Below the pieces are notes generated by a model. The model was not told the DNA's origin. It saw only the letters and a program-made list of their open reading frames with translations, and did not search any database. Below, in pieces: positions 62,901-64,000 of a stretch of DNA of 64,000 bases. Every line of letters starts with the position of its first letter. The stretch's first letter is position 1. The translations under genes were made by a program, and so were the position numbers. This DNA is from Eledone cirrhosa (Eukaryota): positions 15,624,001 to 15,688,000 of the forward strand of contig OZ024760.1 in NCBI GenBank assembly GCA_964016885.1. Reading direction: 5' to 3'.

Positions 62901-63359
62901 TATACCTAGTTTGGTATGTTGTTAGTACAGTTAATCCATTCAACTCATGCTAGCATTATTGATGATGATATTTGATTTCTCTTTTATTTTATTTTTTCAG
63001 ACTCGTATGGTGAACCTATCACAAATTGATGTTATTCTCATCTCTAACTACACCTGTATGTTAGCCCTCCCTTACATCACTGAGTATTCAGGGTTCAAGG
63101 GTGTCGTCTATGCTACTGATCCCACTGTACAGATAGGAAGGTACTTATTCCTTTCCCTAATATTTTTTACAGACATATTTTATTTCAAAATGCTTTTTTT
63201 TTTTAGGAACGAAAAGGGTTGTTGATACCAGAAGGACATCTAATTGTAAAACATTGCATCAAAAATGATCCCATGATATATGTGAAATTTGTCACGTGAC
63301 CTGTAAGGCCAACCCCAGCTTTATATATATACATCAGCCGTCGGGGTCCTGACTCTTTT

Positions 63360-63394
<35 letters not shown>

Positions 63395-63649
63395 CTATCT
63401 CCTTATTTTGTTTCATAGAACCAGCACTAGTTTCAGGCTGTTTCATATCAAAAGAGTTTAAATATTTGTTGATGTATTGTTGTCATTTTCATATTGTTTT
63501 TGATATATTCCAACAATATCATCTCTTCTGATTCTTTTACTTTCTCTTTTTCCACCTTACAGACAATATATGGAAGAACTGATAACATATGTAGAACGGT
63601 TTTCCAAATCCAAAGTTTCTGCCAAATGGAAATCTGAAGACATTATCAA
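59311..63649 (+). CDS. INTS9: Integrator complex subunit 9, coding exons 1-6 (continues beyond the window)
   Basis: Exons 59311-59319 (MKL), 61022-61149 ([28 protein letters not shown]), 61869-61938, 62682-62750 ([13 protein letters not shown]), 63001-63140 ([39 protein letters not shown]) and 63563-63649 ([11 protein letters not shown]). Phases are consistent and the sequence matches the INTS9 N-terminus. Confidence 0.93.
59682..59746 (+). ncRNA. Hammerhead-like motif with truncated stem I, INTS9 intron 1
   Basis: CUGAUGA-CC-GAUCC...GGAUC-CA-GAA-ACC-UUU-GGU-A; the 5' side abuts (TA)n. Confidence 0.4.
60240..60810. repeat. ~57-60-bp diverged minisatellite in INTS9 intron 1
   Basis: Recurring TATTCCAGCCTCTTAGCCTCTCTATCACCTGCAATAATGCTGT units. 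Confidence 0.85.
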
Positions 63650-64000
63650 GTAAATCTTAGACTTCGCTTTTGTTAACACCTCATCAGCAACACTCATTTT
63701 TAACTCAAGGACAAGGCCAGGGCCAAATGGTTTTAATGAGGAAGGCATTAGAGTAAATCACCCCAGTACATCACTGGTACTGTATGTTATCAAACCCAGA
63801 AGAGCGAAAGTCAATTTAAGGTGATATAACGATGATGGCGATAAAAGTAACAATAATAATAAAAAAAACAATGTTAATTGTTTCTACTTTTGACACAAGG
63901 CCAGCAATTTGAAAGAAAGCTTGGGTTGCCCCGTTTGAGGCAAGTTGGGTCAGGTGACCATGTCTTGCTCACACAGAACTGTTTCTGGCTTGCTTTCTAC

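Overview
Eukaryotic, AT-rich, microsatellite-dense genomic DNA; the repeat style suggests an octopus-like cephalopod (inference). Genes from left to right: first coding exon of ATG14 (- strand, remainder not located in the window); three apparently intronless Tpt1/TRPT1 (RNA 2'-phosphotransferase) paralogues on the - strand, of which two are full-length and one consists of three tandem RNA lobes with no NAD lobe; a complete 21-exon ELAC2/RNase Z(L) gene (+), head-to-head with the last TRPT1 copy; an intronless RSAD1/HemW (-); and the first six coding exons of INTS9 (+). Intergenic and intronic space holds Penelope-like element remnants, CR1/L2 and RTE LINE fragments, tRNA-derived SINEs, piggyBac-type and other MITEs, Merlin and mariner remnants, foldback palindromes and minisatellites. 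The most notable observations are the diversified TRPT1 cluster (triple-RNA-lobe protein, apparent gene-conversion tract) beside RNase Z, and about ten type I hammerhead ribozyme motifs read by eye, including a U3-A8 core variant in sense orientation in ELAC2 intron 16. Most ORFs in the track are microsatellite artefacts. All calls are manual; no searches or folding programs were run.
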